From Candidatus Multivorans sp. (GTDB lineage: Bacteria > Acidobacteriota > Thermoanaerobaculia > Multivoradales > Multivoraceae), in the NCBI GenBank assembly GCA_965247095.1, contig OZ251997.1:1952001-2016000 (forward strand): a stretch of DNA of 64,000 nt, in the 5' to 3' direction. Of the stretch, positions 35,945 to 45,290 are shown piece after piece. The notes under the pieces were generated by a model. The model worked only from the letters and a program-made list of their open reading frames with translations. It did no database searches and had not been told where the DNA came from. Position numbers and translations under genes: made by a program. How positions within the stretch are numbered: the stretch's first letter is position 1; every line of letters starts with the position of its first letter.

Positions 35945-36735
35945 GCGGCCGCGCCGTTCGCCCCGTGGCCCGGGGGCCCCGGCAGCAGAGCCGCCAGCTC
36001 GGCCAGGTCGGCGACCTTCGGGCAGTCGACCTCCGGCCAGTCGTCCCACGGGTCGAGCAGGACGGCGTGAACGCCAGCGGCCCGAGCGCCGGCTACGTCG
36101 GCCGCATAGAGGTCGCCGACGTGAACGGTGCGCTCCGGCCGGGCGCCGATCGTCTTGAGAGCGGCCTCGAAGATTCGCGGATCGGGCTTCTCGAAACCGA
36201 CCGTCTCCGAGTCGATCAGGGCGTCGAAGAGCTGGCCGAGCCCGATCGACTCCACGTTCCGCTTCATGCTGCCGTCGGAGTTGCTGACCACGACCATGCG
36301 ATAGCCGAGCGAGCGGATCCGTTCCAGCGCCTCCTTCCTGCCGGGCAGGCGCCGGTTCCAGAGCAGATCGTTCCGGCCGGGCACGTAGAGGCGCTCCGCA
36401 AGCCCGGAGGCCATGCCGGCAAGCTCGACGCCATTCAAGCAGGCAGCAGGCAGCCGGGCGAGAATCGCCTCTACGTAGAAGCGGAACGTGGACCCGCCCT
36501 CGGTCGACTGCAACTCCGCCGACAGGGCCGCCGAGAGATCGGGCCGGGCCGCCGCCTCCGCGCGCTCCAACTGGCGCCCGGAGCAATCGAGGCCCAGGTC
36601 CGACGCGACCTCGGCGACGCGCTCGAAGTTCATCGACAGGAAGGTGTTTCCCGCGTCGAAGAAGATCGTGTCCAGTTCTCCCCAGGGCACGTCGCGCGGC
36701 GGCGTCATGGTCGTCACGGCGTCGTAGTCTGCCAT
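35941..36735 (-). CDS. HAD-superfamily hydrolase
   Basis: FFDAGNT (motif I), VVSNSD, EKPDPRIF, HVGD...ADVAGA. Confidence 0.9.
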   Translation of the reverse strand: MADYDAVTTMTPPRDVPWGELDTIFFDAGNTFLSMNFERVAEVASDLGLDCSGRQLERAEAAARPDLSAALSAELQSTEGGSTFRFYVEAILARLPAACLNGVELAGMASGLAERLYVPGRNDLLWNRRLPGRKEALERIRSLGYRMVVVSNSDGSMKRNVESIGLGQLFDALIDSETVGFEKPDPRIFEAALKTIGARPERTVHVGDLYAADVAGARAAGVHAVLLDPWDDWPEVDCPKVADLAELAALLPGPPGHGANGAAA

Positions 36736-36812
36736 CAGGCGCGATCGTCTATTCTCAGCACCCACATGGGCGGGACGCGCGTGCCGCCGGACCGGCACAT
36801 CGGAGGACGATC

Positions 36813-37949
36813 ATGAAGGAAAGAAGGGTCACGCGAAGGACGGCGTTGGCTGCCGCCGGGGCACTCCTTTTCGGGACGGCAGCAGCCGCGCAGGACCAAC
36901 CGGAAGCGCTGGAGCGGCTCGGCGCCGACCTGTTCGCCGAACTCCTGTTCAACAACCAGGGCACCGACTACGCGATCGCGTGCTCGGTATGCCACGCCCT
37001 CGGCGAGTCGGTGGCCGGCAAGGCGGAGCGCTTCTACGCCGACTACACGCCGACCAGCCTGACCGCCGGCCGTGAGACCACCGCCCGCAACGCCCAGACC
37101 TTGGCCGGCGTCCACCGGGCCGATGTGTTCGGCTGGGACGGCGCCTACGACTCGATGGAGGACATGATCCTCGAGAAGCTGATCGGCAAGCAGTACGGCT
37201 GGAACCCCGAGGCCCGCGACGAGGCGATCGACAACGCGGCCTACGTGCTGCTGGACGAAGGCCACAATGCGATCTCGGGCGTGCCCTACGTCGAACAGTT
37301 CCAGGAGGTCTACGGCCTCGACCTGGAGTCGCTGGAACGGCCGGAAGTAGCGACCGCGGCCGCACGCGCCCTGGCCGACTACACGCGCACTTTCGATTTC
37401 TCGATGACCTCGCGCTGGGACGCGTTCACCGAACAGAACCGCTTTCGCACGGCGCCGAACGCGGACGAAGACATCATGAACTACGCCGCAAGCATCGAGA
37501 GTCGGATCTACAACCAGGAAGGCCGCGGCCTGATCCGGCGGCCGGAAGGGTTCACCGAAACCGCGTACGAAGGCTTCAAGACCTTCTTCCGGGTGTTCGA
37601 CGTGGAGTCGGTGGGAAACTGCGTCCGCTGCCATGTACCGCCGACCTTCACCGACTACGCCCTCCACGGCACCGGCAGCGGCCGCGGCCGCTTCAAGACG
37701 CCGCCGCTGCGGAACCTGCCGCGCACCGACCCGTACCTCCACGACGGCAGCGCCGCCACGCTGGAGGAGGTACTCCAGGGCCACATGGCACTGGCCGAGG
37801 CGGCCCGTGGCGAAGAGGAAGGCGTCGACCCGTTGTTCGGCGAAATCCGGATCTCGGAGGCCGACATTGAAGCCCTGGTCCAGTACCTGCTGGTGCTGGA
37901 CGAGGTGGATCCCGCGAACTTCCGCTACTACCTGATCAACTTCGAGTGA
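36813..37949 (+). CDS. Di-heme cytochrome c peroxidase/MauG-family protein
   Basis: Two CxxCH motifs (CSVCH, CVRCH), RNAQTL, FGWDG, FKTPPLRNL...PYLHDG; N-terminal signal with RR. Confidence 0.85.
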   Translation: MKERRVTRRTALAAAGALLFGTAAAAQDQPEALERLGADLFAELLFNNQGTDYAIACSVCHALGESVAGKAERFYADYTPTSLTAGRETTARNAQTLAGVHRADVFGWDGAYDSMEDMILEKLIGKQYGWNPEARDEAIDNAAYVLLDEGHNAISGVPYVEQFQEVYGLDLESLERPEVATAAARALADYTRTFDFSMTSRWDAFTEQNRFRTAPNADEDIMNYAASIESRIYNQEGRGLIRRPEGFTETAYEGFKTFFRVFDVESVGNCVRCHVPPTFTDYALHGTGSGRGRFKTPPLRNLPRTDPYLHDGSAATLEEVLQGHMALAEAARGEEEGVDPLFGEIRISEADIEALVQYLLVLDEVDPANFRYYLINFE

Positions 37950-38629
37950 GCACGCCGGAATCTCGCCCGCATCCGGTTGGCCTGCTCCTCGCCGCGCTGG
38001 TTCTCGCCGCGCCGCTCCTCGCCGCGCCGCTAGCCGCCGACCCGACGCTGGAACGCACGGACGGCCTGCCGCCCGGCCTGCCGGAGTGGCTGTCGCCGTT
38101 GCTCGATCCGTCCGGCTACCGGGTGGTCCGGGATGAAGGCGAGCCGATCGAGTTCTGGTTCCCGCCCGCGCTGCCGATGCAGGACCCCTCCGCCGAACTC
38201 GGCGTCGAGTACCCCACCCTGCCGCCCGGCGGTCTGATCGGGATCATCCGCACGACCGGGGGGTGGAGCACCTACAAGGCGCAGGTCGTGCCGCCGGGCA
38301 CCTACACGCTCCGCTACGCGGTGCAGCCCGCCGACGGCGATCACACCGGGCAGACCTGGTTCCGCGACTTCCTGCTGCTCATTCCGCTCGCGCTCGACAG
38401 TTTCGATCCCTATGGCGTTCCCGAGCAGGAACCCCTGGTCGAAACCAGCAACACGATCATCGAGGGCGGCACCCATCCGATGACCATGGCGCTGTTCCAG
38501 AACTACGACGGCATCGACGCCGCGGCGATGTTCTGGAACGACCTCGACCAGCCCACCCTGGCCGTGCCCCTGGGCGATGTCACCCTGGGCCTGGTCATCG
38601 AGGGCCAGGGCGAAGAAGTGCCCATGTAG
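37946..38629 (+). CDS. Hypothetical exported protein
   Basis: Signal peptide; GTYTLRY...QPADGDH...RDFLLL; GTGA overlap with the cytochrome gene. Confidence 0.7.
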   Translation: MSTPESRPHPVGLLLAALVLAAPLLAAPLAADPTLERTDGLPPGLPEWLSPLLDPSGYRVVRDEGEPIEFWFPPALPMQDPSAELGVEYPTLPPGGLIGIIRTTGGWSTYKAQVVPPGTYTLRYAVQPADGDHTGQTWFRDFLLLIPLALDSFDPYGVPEQEPLVETSNTIIEGGTHPMTMALFQNYDGIDAAAMFWNDLDQPTLAVPLGDVTLGLVIEGQGEEVPM

Positions 38630-40018
38630 CGGATTTCGGACAGCCGGCGCTCGGCGCCGGATGCGGCGCGTTACGTTTGTCGCTGCACGCGCCGCCGGCG
38701 GCGCGCCAACCATCAGCCCTCGTCCGCGGGGCGACGGTGGATGAGCTGTCCCCTGCGCTGGTCCACGCTTCTCCTCGTGGCGTAGAAGGTCCAGGCTACC
38801 GGCCCAGTTCGGGCGCGCTTCGACGACAACGAGGCTGTTCCTCTCGTCGGCGAAGGAACCTGGCTTCACGCAAGCGGCGCTTCCCACTATCGCCTAAGCT
38901 CACCGCTGCAGAGGACCCACGACCGCCGATGACAACGACGACCGCGAAACTGGCCACAGCGGCGGAGGCCTTTGCCTGAGCGAGCTTGCCGATCAGGGCG
39001 CGGGCCACCCCGACACCATGAAGCTATCCCGGCTCTCTGCACACCATTACAGGAGTGTGAGAGAGGACACGATCGACCTGGGCCCCTGAATCTCCTCATC
39101 GGCGCCAACGCCGCAGGAAAGAGCACCGTGCTTGATGCGCTGCGCTTTCTTCACGAAGGAGCTGTGGCCCGCGATTTCCGCACCCCTGTGTTCACCAGGG
39201 GCGGAATCATCCATCTGGCCTGGAAGGGTGACGAAGCAAAGCGCGCCGAGTTGACCGCCAGCGTTGTCGACGGTGACACGACCTACGAGTGGTTTGTCGG
39301 GCTGGTCCGGGACGGATACGACTTCCGTGTCGAAGAGCACGTCGACATGGTGCGCTCCCAGGCTCCGCCAACCAGAGTCCTTGAAGCCAGCGCCGGCAGC
39401 GGCTGGTGGTGGTCGGGCGACGAGCGCAAGAAGGTGCCGCTCCGCCAGGAACCTACCGCATGTGCGCTGGCCTTGGCTGCGGCTGATGCCTCATTTCCAG
39501 CTCGGGCTGTCGCCGAGTTTGTCCGGCTTGGGGTTTCTTCGACCCGCACCCCTTTCTTCTCCGCCGAGACTGGTCCGGGCTTGACGCCGGCAGGTTCGAC
39601 CCCTACGGCAGGAATTTGGCCGAGACGCTCTATACCCTCCACCGCTCCTCGCCCGACATCTTCGACGCCGTCGTGGAAGCGACACAGTCCGTTCTCGGCC
39701 TCCCTTCCAGCATTCAACCACGGGAGTCAGACGACCGGTTTTACTTCGTCCAGAACGAGCCGGGGCTGAGGTTCCCCGTGCATCAGATGGGCGTCTCCAG
39801 CGGCACGTTGCGCATGCTCGCCCTCATGACCGCGCTCCTGGCGGAGCCGGAAACCAACCTCGTCGGGACCGAAGAACCGGAGAACTACCTCGGGCGGTCT
39901 CCAGGCAACGTGGATACGTCCAAGCCCGACGCGATACACAATCCGAAGTTGCACCTGAAACACCTACTCGGAAAGCGGGTCTACACCGCGCGGCTTTCGG
40001 AGGAGATCGCGCAGAGGC

Positions 40019-41241
40019 TAGTGCCGTGTCACTCGTCAAAAGTCGGATAGAGGCGCTTGAGTTTGACGCGAGCGTCGTCGGTGGTGAAGTGCCAGTTGAC
40101 CTTGGCTTGGATCCGGTCTCTGGCGGCCTGCCAGGCGCCGACTTCGGCGCGTAGGGTGTCGATGGAGTCGATGCGGCGGTTGAGGCACTGGCGGATCATC
40201 ACGCTGAGTTCGACCTCGGCGACGTTCAGCCAACTGCCGTGCTTGGGGGTATAGACGAACTCGAAGCGGTCCCACAGCGCCTTGGCCCGGGCCGGGTCGA
40301 AGGTCTCGTAAAGCGCGCCGGGGCGGTGCGTGTTGAGGTTGTCCATCACCAGCGTGATTCGGGTGGCGTCGGGATACTGCCCGGCGATGTCTTCCAGGAA
40401 ACGCGCCCAGTCGGTCTTGGTCCTGCGCTCGGTGACCTTGGTCAGACGCCGCCCGGCCAGCGGTTCGGTCGCCATGAACACGTTGCAGGCGCCGCAGCGT
40501 CGGTACTCGTAGTCTTCGCGGACCTCCCGTCCAGGGGCCGGCGGGATGGGCGCCCGTGTCTCGGCGATCAACTGCCGCGGCGTCTCGTCCATGCACACCA
40601 CCGGGAAGCTCGCGTCGTGCGGACGCCGATAGACGTCGAGCACCCGCTCCATGTTCGCCGCGAAGTCGGCGTTGCATTGCGGCGGAATCACCCAGCCGAC
40701 GCGGCGCCACGGTTTGAGAGCGTTTTTTTTAGCACCCGCCGCACCGTCTCGTGCGAGACGCTGTCGATATAGCCGAGCTCCACCGCACGGTCCGCCAACA
40801 GACGCAGAGACCACTGCGAATGCCCTTCGGGCGGCTCTCCGCAACTGAGCGCGATCAGCCGCGCCTCGAACTCGCCATCCGCCTTGCGCAGGTACTTGGG
40901 ACGACGCCCCTGCCGACTCCCGAGCGCCGCCTCCAGACCGTCCTCCACAAACCGCCTCTTCACACGATCCACCTTGCGCGCACTGATCCGCAAGACCCCG
41001 GCGATCGTCTCGCCGGTCGTCCGACGCCCGTTGAACTCGCCCTCGTCGCAGTTGAGCAGAATCAAGGCGTTGATCACCTTCTGCGACCGATGCGAACCCT
41101 TGCGCGTAGTCGTCGCCAACGCCTCGCGCTCCTGCTCCTCCAACTCCACCACATACCGCTTCATGCCAGACTCCTTGCCGTCGTCGAACGGCAAGGAACC
41201 TACTACGATTCATGCGACATAGGACGTGTGACATGACACTA
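40019..41241 (-). mobile_element. IS630-family insertion sequence
   Basis: CTAG at both ends (40018-40021, 41239-41242) with TA duplication; imperfect IR CTAGTGCCGTGTCAC / GTGACATGACACTAG; empty site restores the host reading frame. Confidence 0.93.
40029..41164 (-). CDS. IS630 transposase (orfA/orfB joined by frameshift at an A8 run, 40723-40730)
   Basis: orfA HTH (WSLRLLAD...SHETVRRVLKK); orfB DDE motifs CMDE, MDNLNTH, SWLNVAE. Confidence 0.92.
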
Positions 41242-41452
41242 GACCCGCAGAGCATCGAGCAGACGAGCCCGAGCTTCAGGGGCTTTGTCGACGCGGTCAG
41301 GAACGGCGCTTCGCGTCCAGCATAGTCCGGTCGTCAGCTTCACTATCCGCCGTTGCCAGCCGCGCGCCCGACACTGCCGGCTTGCTACTCGCAGCGTCGA
41401 GTACCAACGCTAGAACAGACCGCGATGGCGATCATCGCGTTCGTCGCGCCCC

Positions 41453-42253
41453 TCAGCGATTCCGCGTCAGCGGCACAAATCGCACCGGGATCACACGCGT
41501 TCGCTCCACCGTCCCGTCGGTCTGCTTCTCCAGCACAACGAGCTCCTGCCGGCCGCCCCGCGGCCCCACCGGCAGCACCAGCCGGCCGCCGGTCGCCAAC
41601 TGCTCGATCAACGGCTGCGGCACGTGGTCCGGCGCCGCGGTGACGACGATGGCGTCGAACGGCGCCTCCTCGGGCCAACCGGCGTAGCCGTCGCCGATCC
41701 GGGTCGTCACGTTCTCGTAGCCTGCCATATCGAGCGCAGCCGCTGCCCGCAGCCCCAGCGGTTCGACGATCTCGATCGTGTAGACGTGCTCGACGATCTC
41801 GGCCAGCACGGCCGCCTGATAGCCCGAACCGGTTCCGATCTCCAGCACCTTGTGCGCCGGATCCGGCTCGGCGAGTTCCGTCATCAGCGCCACGATGTAG
41901 GGCTGCGAGATGGTCTGCTGCCAGCCAATCCCCAGCGGCGAGTCGTAGTAGGCCCAGACCCGCATCTCCTCCGGCACGAACAAGTGGCGCTCCACCTTCT
42001 CCATCGCTTCGATCACGTGAACGTCGCGCACCGGCGGCCGGCCGTCCCGGGGCTCGGCGATCGTGTCGCGCACCATGCGCCGCCGCAGCTCCGCGAAGTC
42101 GACCGGCTCCTGGGCCGAAGCCGTGCAGCCGGCGAAGCCAAGCGCGGCAGCGGCGACGGCGACGGCGCGTTGGGGAATCGGACCGCGCCGGAAACCGGCG
42201 TGTAGCCTTCGCAGGCTCTTCCCGACACTGTCTCCAACCGAGATCCGCGTCAT
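41453..42253 (-). CDS. pcm: Protein-L-isoaspartate O-methyltransferase with lipoprotein-like signal
   Basis: QTISQPYIVALM, VLEIGTGSGYQAA, GDGYAGWPEEAPFDAI, VRFVPL; N-terminal AAALGFAGC; start uncertain. Confidence 0.92.
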   Translation of the reverse strand: MTRISVGDSVGKSLRRLHAGFRRGPIPQRAVAVAAAALGFAGCTASAQEPVDFAELRRRMVRDTIAEPRDGRPPVRDVHVIEAMEKVERHLFVPEEMRVWAYYDSPLGIGWQQTISQPYIVALMTELAEPDPAHKVLEIGTGSGYQAAVLAEIVEHVYTIEIVEPLGLRAAAALDMAGYENVTTRIGDGYAGWPEEAPFDAIVVTAAPDHVPQPLIEQLATGGRLVLPVGPRGGRQELVVLEKQTDGTVERTRVIPVRFVPLTRNR

Positions 42254-42311
42254 CGTCTCTCCCGCCACTCCAGCCGTCAGCCTGTGGAGCCGACCGGGCC
42301 TCCAAGCGTAC

Positions 42312-43475
42312 ATGGTGTCGCTGGCCTGCTCGAGCGCCGGCTTCGCCATGCAGCAGCTCCTGCTGGCGTGGCTGCTGATGACCGTGCTCGGCCTGCCAGC
42401 CGGCCGCGTTGGCACCCTGCAGGCGGCGGTCGGCCTTCCGGGCGTGATCATCATGCTCTGGGGCGGCGCCAGCGCGGACCGCACGGATGCGAGGACGACG
42501 CTGACCCGCGTGTTCGGCGCCGCCGCGCTCGTCCCCCTCGGTCTGGCGCTGGCGCTGGAATTCGGCGAACTCAACGTGTGGACCGTCACCGCCTGGGGTC
42601 TCGGCCTGAGCGCCGCGCTGTCGTTCTTGAGCCCGGCCCAGCAGGCCGTGCTGAACCGGATCGCCGGGCGCGACCTGCAGCGGGGCGTCACCGCAACCAC
42701 CGCAATTACCATGTTCACCTACATGGTCGGCCTGGCCGCGGCCGGCCAGCTCGACCGCATCGGCCTGCGGCAGGTGTTGCTGGCACAGTGCCTGTGCCTG
42801 GCCCTCGCCGCACTCTGGATCCGGCGGATCGGACCGCAGGCGTTGAACGACGGCGAATCCGCCGAGCCCGCCTGGCGCCAGATCCTCGAGGGCTTCCGGG
42901 CTTCCTATCGCCAGCGACCGGTCTTCGACGCGATGACGGTGAACTTCGTCTCCAGCATCTTCAACGCCGGCGCCTTCCTGACCGCGTTCCCCTTCATCGT
43001 TCGGCAGGTCTACAACGGCGACGCGGAGCTGCTGTCCTGGCTGATGATCGTCTTCTTCGCCGGCGCCGTCATCTCGAACCTGATCATGCTCCGGTTCATG
43101 CCGTTCCAGCATCCCGGCCGCTGGTTCGTCGTGCTGCAACTCTCCCGGATCGTCGTCCTGTTCCTGATCTGGATCGAGCCCGCGTGGTGGTTGGTCGTGG
43201 TCGCCTTGATTGCCTGGGGCCTGAACATGGGCGTCACGACCACCCTGGCCCGGGCGATCGTCCAGGAAGCCGCCGAACCCCAGACCCGCGGCCGCGTCAT
43301 GTCCGTCTTCGGCCTCGGCCTGCTCGGCAGCCCGCTGATCGGCGCCCTCATTCTCGGCGCGATCGTCGAGCGCTACGGCGCCCTCGCCGGCCTCGTCCCC
43401 GGCATGGTCGCGTCGGTGCTGCTGTTTGCGTACAGCATGGCGGCAACCGGGCTGTGGCGGTACCGGTCCACCTAG
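42312..43475 (+). CDS. MFS transporter
   Basis: Many TM helices, GGASADRTDAR loop, RGRVMS; true start may be slightly upstream. Confidence 0.85.
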   Translation: MVSLACSSAGFAMQQLLLAWLLMTVLGLPAGRVGTLQAAVGLPGVIIMLWGGASADRTDARTTLTRVFGAAALVPLGLALALEFGELNVWTVTAWGLGLSAALSFLSPAQQAVLNRIAGRDLQRGVTATTAITMFTYMVGLAAAGQLDRIGLRQVLLAQCLCLALAALWIRRIGPQALNDGESAEPAWRQILEGFRASYRQRPVFDAMTVNFVSSIFNAGAFLTAFPFIVRQVYNGDAELLSWLMIVFFAGAVISNLIMLRFMPFQHPGRWFVVLQLSRIVVLFLIWIEPAWWLVVVALIAWGLNMGVTTTLARAIVQEAAEPQTRGRVMSVFGLGLLGSPLIGALILGAIVERYGALAGLVPGMVASVLLFAYSMAATGLWRYRST

Positions 43476-44317
43476 CGTCGGTCCCCGGTCAGCGGCGGGA
43501 GGTGCACCTGCAGCACGGAAGTCCGCTCGACAGAACCGTCGGCCCGCTTCTCCAGGACCTGGAGTTCCTGCATTCCATCCGGAGGCCCCACCGGCGCCAC
43601 GAGCTTCCCGCCCACTGCAAGCTGATCGATCAGCGGCTGCGGCACGCGCTCCACTGGCTCCTTGACGACGATCGAGTCAAATGGCGCATGCTCAGGCCAA
43701 CCCTTAAAGGCATCGCCGATCCGGATCGTCACGTTGCCGTAGCCGAGGTCACCGAGGGTGGTCGCCGCCTGCTCCGCTAGCGCTTCGACGGGCTCGATCG
43801 TGTAGACGTGGTCCACCATCTCGGACAGCACGGCAGCCAAGTAGCCGGAGCCGGTACCGACCTCCAGCACCTTGTGGCCGGGAACAGGCACCGTGGGTAC
43901 GGTAAACGCTGTCGCCTCTTCGCTGGCCCCGAGTTCCACCTCGTGGGTGAGGACGGGCACCGCAAGTTCGGCCATCAGCGCCACCAGAGCCGCATCAGGA
44001 ATCGTCCGCCCCCAGCCGATCGGCAGCGCAGGGCCGCGATAGGCATTCTCTCGCTGCGTCTCCGGAACGAAGAGGTGCCGCGGCACCCCTGCCATCACGT
44101 TGACTGCACGGGTCACATCGTGCTCGCGGCAACGGTCGAAGATGTACGGGATCAGCGACCACTGCCGTTCTTCCTGACCTTCGTAGCGAGTTCCCCAAGC
44201 GACGAGGGCCGCCACGAGGACCGCGAAGTTGGCCACCGCCAAGAGGGTGTAGACGCCAGCCGCCCACACCACAACTGGGCCAAAGGCAACAGGGTGAGCC
44301 GACGAGCGGTCCTCCAT
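43472..44317 (-). CDS. Divergent L-isoaspartyl methyltransferase paralogue with N-terminal TM anchor
   Basis: VPRHLFVP, VLEVGTGSGY, GWPEHAPFD; TISQP replaced by TIPDA; ~20-aa insertion. Confidence 0.8.
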   Translation of the reverse strand: MEDRSSAHPVAFGPVVVWAAGVYTLLAVANFAVLVAALVAWGTRYEGQEERQWSLIPYIFDRCREHDVTRAVNVMAGVPRHLFVPETQRENAYRGPALPIGWGRTIPDAALVALMAELAVPVLTHEVELGASEEATAFTVPTVPVPGHKVLEVGTGSGYLAAVLSEMVDHVYTIEPVEALAEQAATTLGDLGYGNVTIRIGDAFKGWPEHAPFDSIVVKEPVERVPQPLIDQLAVGGKLVAPVGPPDGMQELQVLEKRADGSVERTSVLQVHLPPLTGDRR

Positions 44318-44447
44318 TCGCCGCCTCAGCACCGCCGCCAGCGGACGGTCAAGCCGAACCGCCTGCAACCTGAACGGCCCATGGCCTCGACCCTCGTCGC
44401 CGACTCTCCTCCGGGACGCCAGGGGCCGCCAGATCTTCACGTCCGTC

Positions 44448-45290
44448 CTAACCGGTCCTCTGACCCGCCGTCCCGCCCCGCCGGCGCAGCCACTCCACCG
44501 TGGTGAGCGCCAGCAGCGCAAACACGATCAGGAACGTGGCGACGGCCAGCAGCGTGGGACTGATCTCCTCCCTGATGCCGGACCACATCTGGCGCGGCAG
44601 GGTGCGCTGCTCCAGGCCGCCCATGAAGAGGACGATCACGAGTTCGTCGAACGACGCGGCGAACGCGAACAGCGAGCCCGAGATGACGCCGGGCAGAATC
44701 AAGGGCAGTTGCACCCGTCGGAACGCGACCAGGGGGTTCGCTCCCAGGTTCGCGGCGGCGCGCATGACGGTCCAGTCGAAGCCGGCCAGGGTCGCACTCA
44801 CGGTGATGACCACGAAGGGCGCCCCGAACACGGCGTGCGCGAGGATGATCCCGATGTAGGTCTGCGAGAGACCGAGGCTCGAGTAGAAGAAGAACATGCC
44901 GACGCCGGCGATGATCACCGGCGTGATCATGGGCGAGATCAGAAGCGCCGAGACCATTCGGCGACCCGGCATCGCCGGATGGGCCAGGCCCAAGGCCGCT
45001 GCCGCGCCCAGCACGGTGGCGACGACGGTCGCCGAGATGCCGATGATCAGACTGTTCAGGATCGGGCGCGTCCACTCGTCGCCGTCGAAGATGCTCCGGT
45101 ACCAGCGGAGCGAGTAGGCCTCCCGGTCGAGCCGCAGCATGCCCTCGGTGAATGTGAAGTAAGGCTCGGCGTTGAAGCTGAGCGGGATGAGAACCAGGAT
45201 CGGCGCGATCAGGAAGACGAATGCCGCGACGCAGAACGCCAGGTAGCCCCACCGCGCAACGCGATACCCCGGACTCAGGGCAGCCGTCAC
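44448..45290 (-). CDS. Polyamine-type ABC transporter permease (PotC-like)
   Basis: AAANLGA loop, FAASFDE, TLPRQMW. Confidence 0.92.
   Translation of the reverse strand: MTAALSPGYRVARWGYLAFCVAAFVFLIAPILVLIPLSFNAEPYFTFTEGMLRLDREAYSLRWYRSIFDGDEWTRPILNSLIIGISATVVATVLGAAAALGLAHPAMPGRRMVSALLISPMITPVIIAGVGMFFFYSSLGLSQTYIGIILAHAVFGAPFVVITVSATLAGFDWTVMRAAANLGANPLVAFRRVQLPLILPGVISGSLFAFAASFDELVIVLFMGGLEQRTLPRQMWSGIREEISPTLLAVATFLIVFALLALTTVEWLRRRGGTAGQRTG

Larger units (their letters stand above)
39018..41325 (+). pseudogene. Decayed AAA-ATPase plus DUF4276-like gene pair, interrupted by IS630
   Basis: MKLSRLSAHHYRS...LGP/LNLLIGANAAGKS (frameshift ~39085); second shift ~39525; SSGTLRML, EEPEN; then fused to PDAIHNPK...IAQRL, resuming after the IS as DPQSIEQTSPSFRGF. 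Confidence 0.75.
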
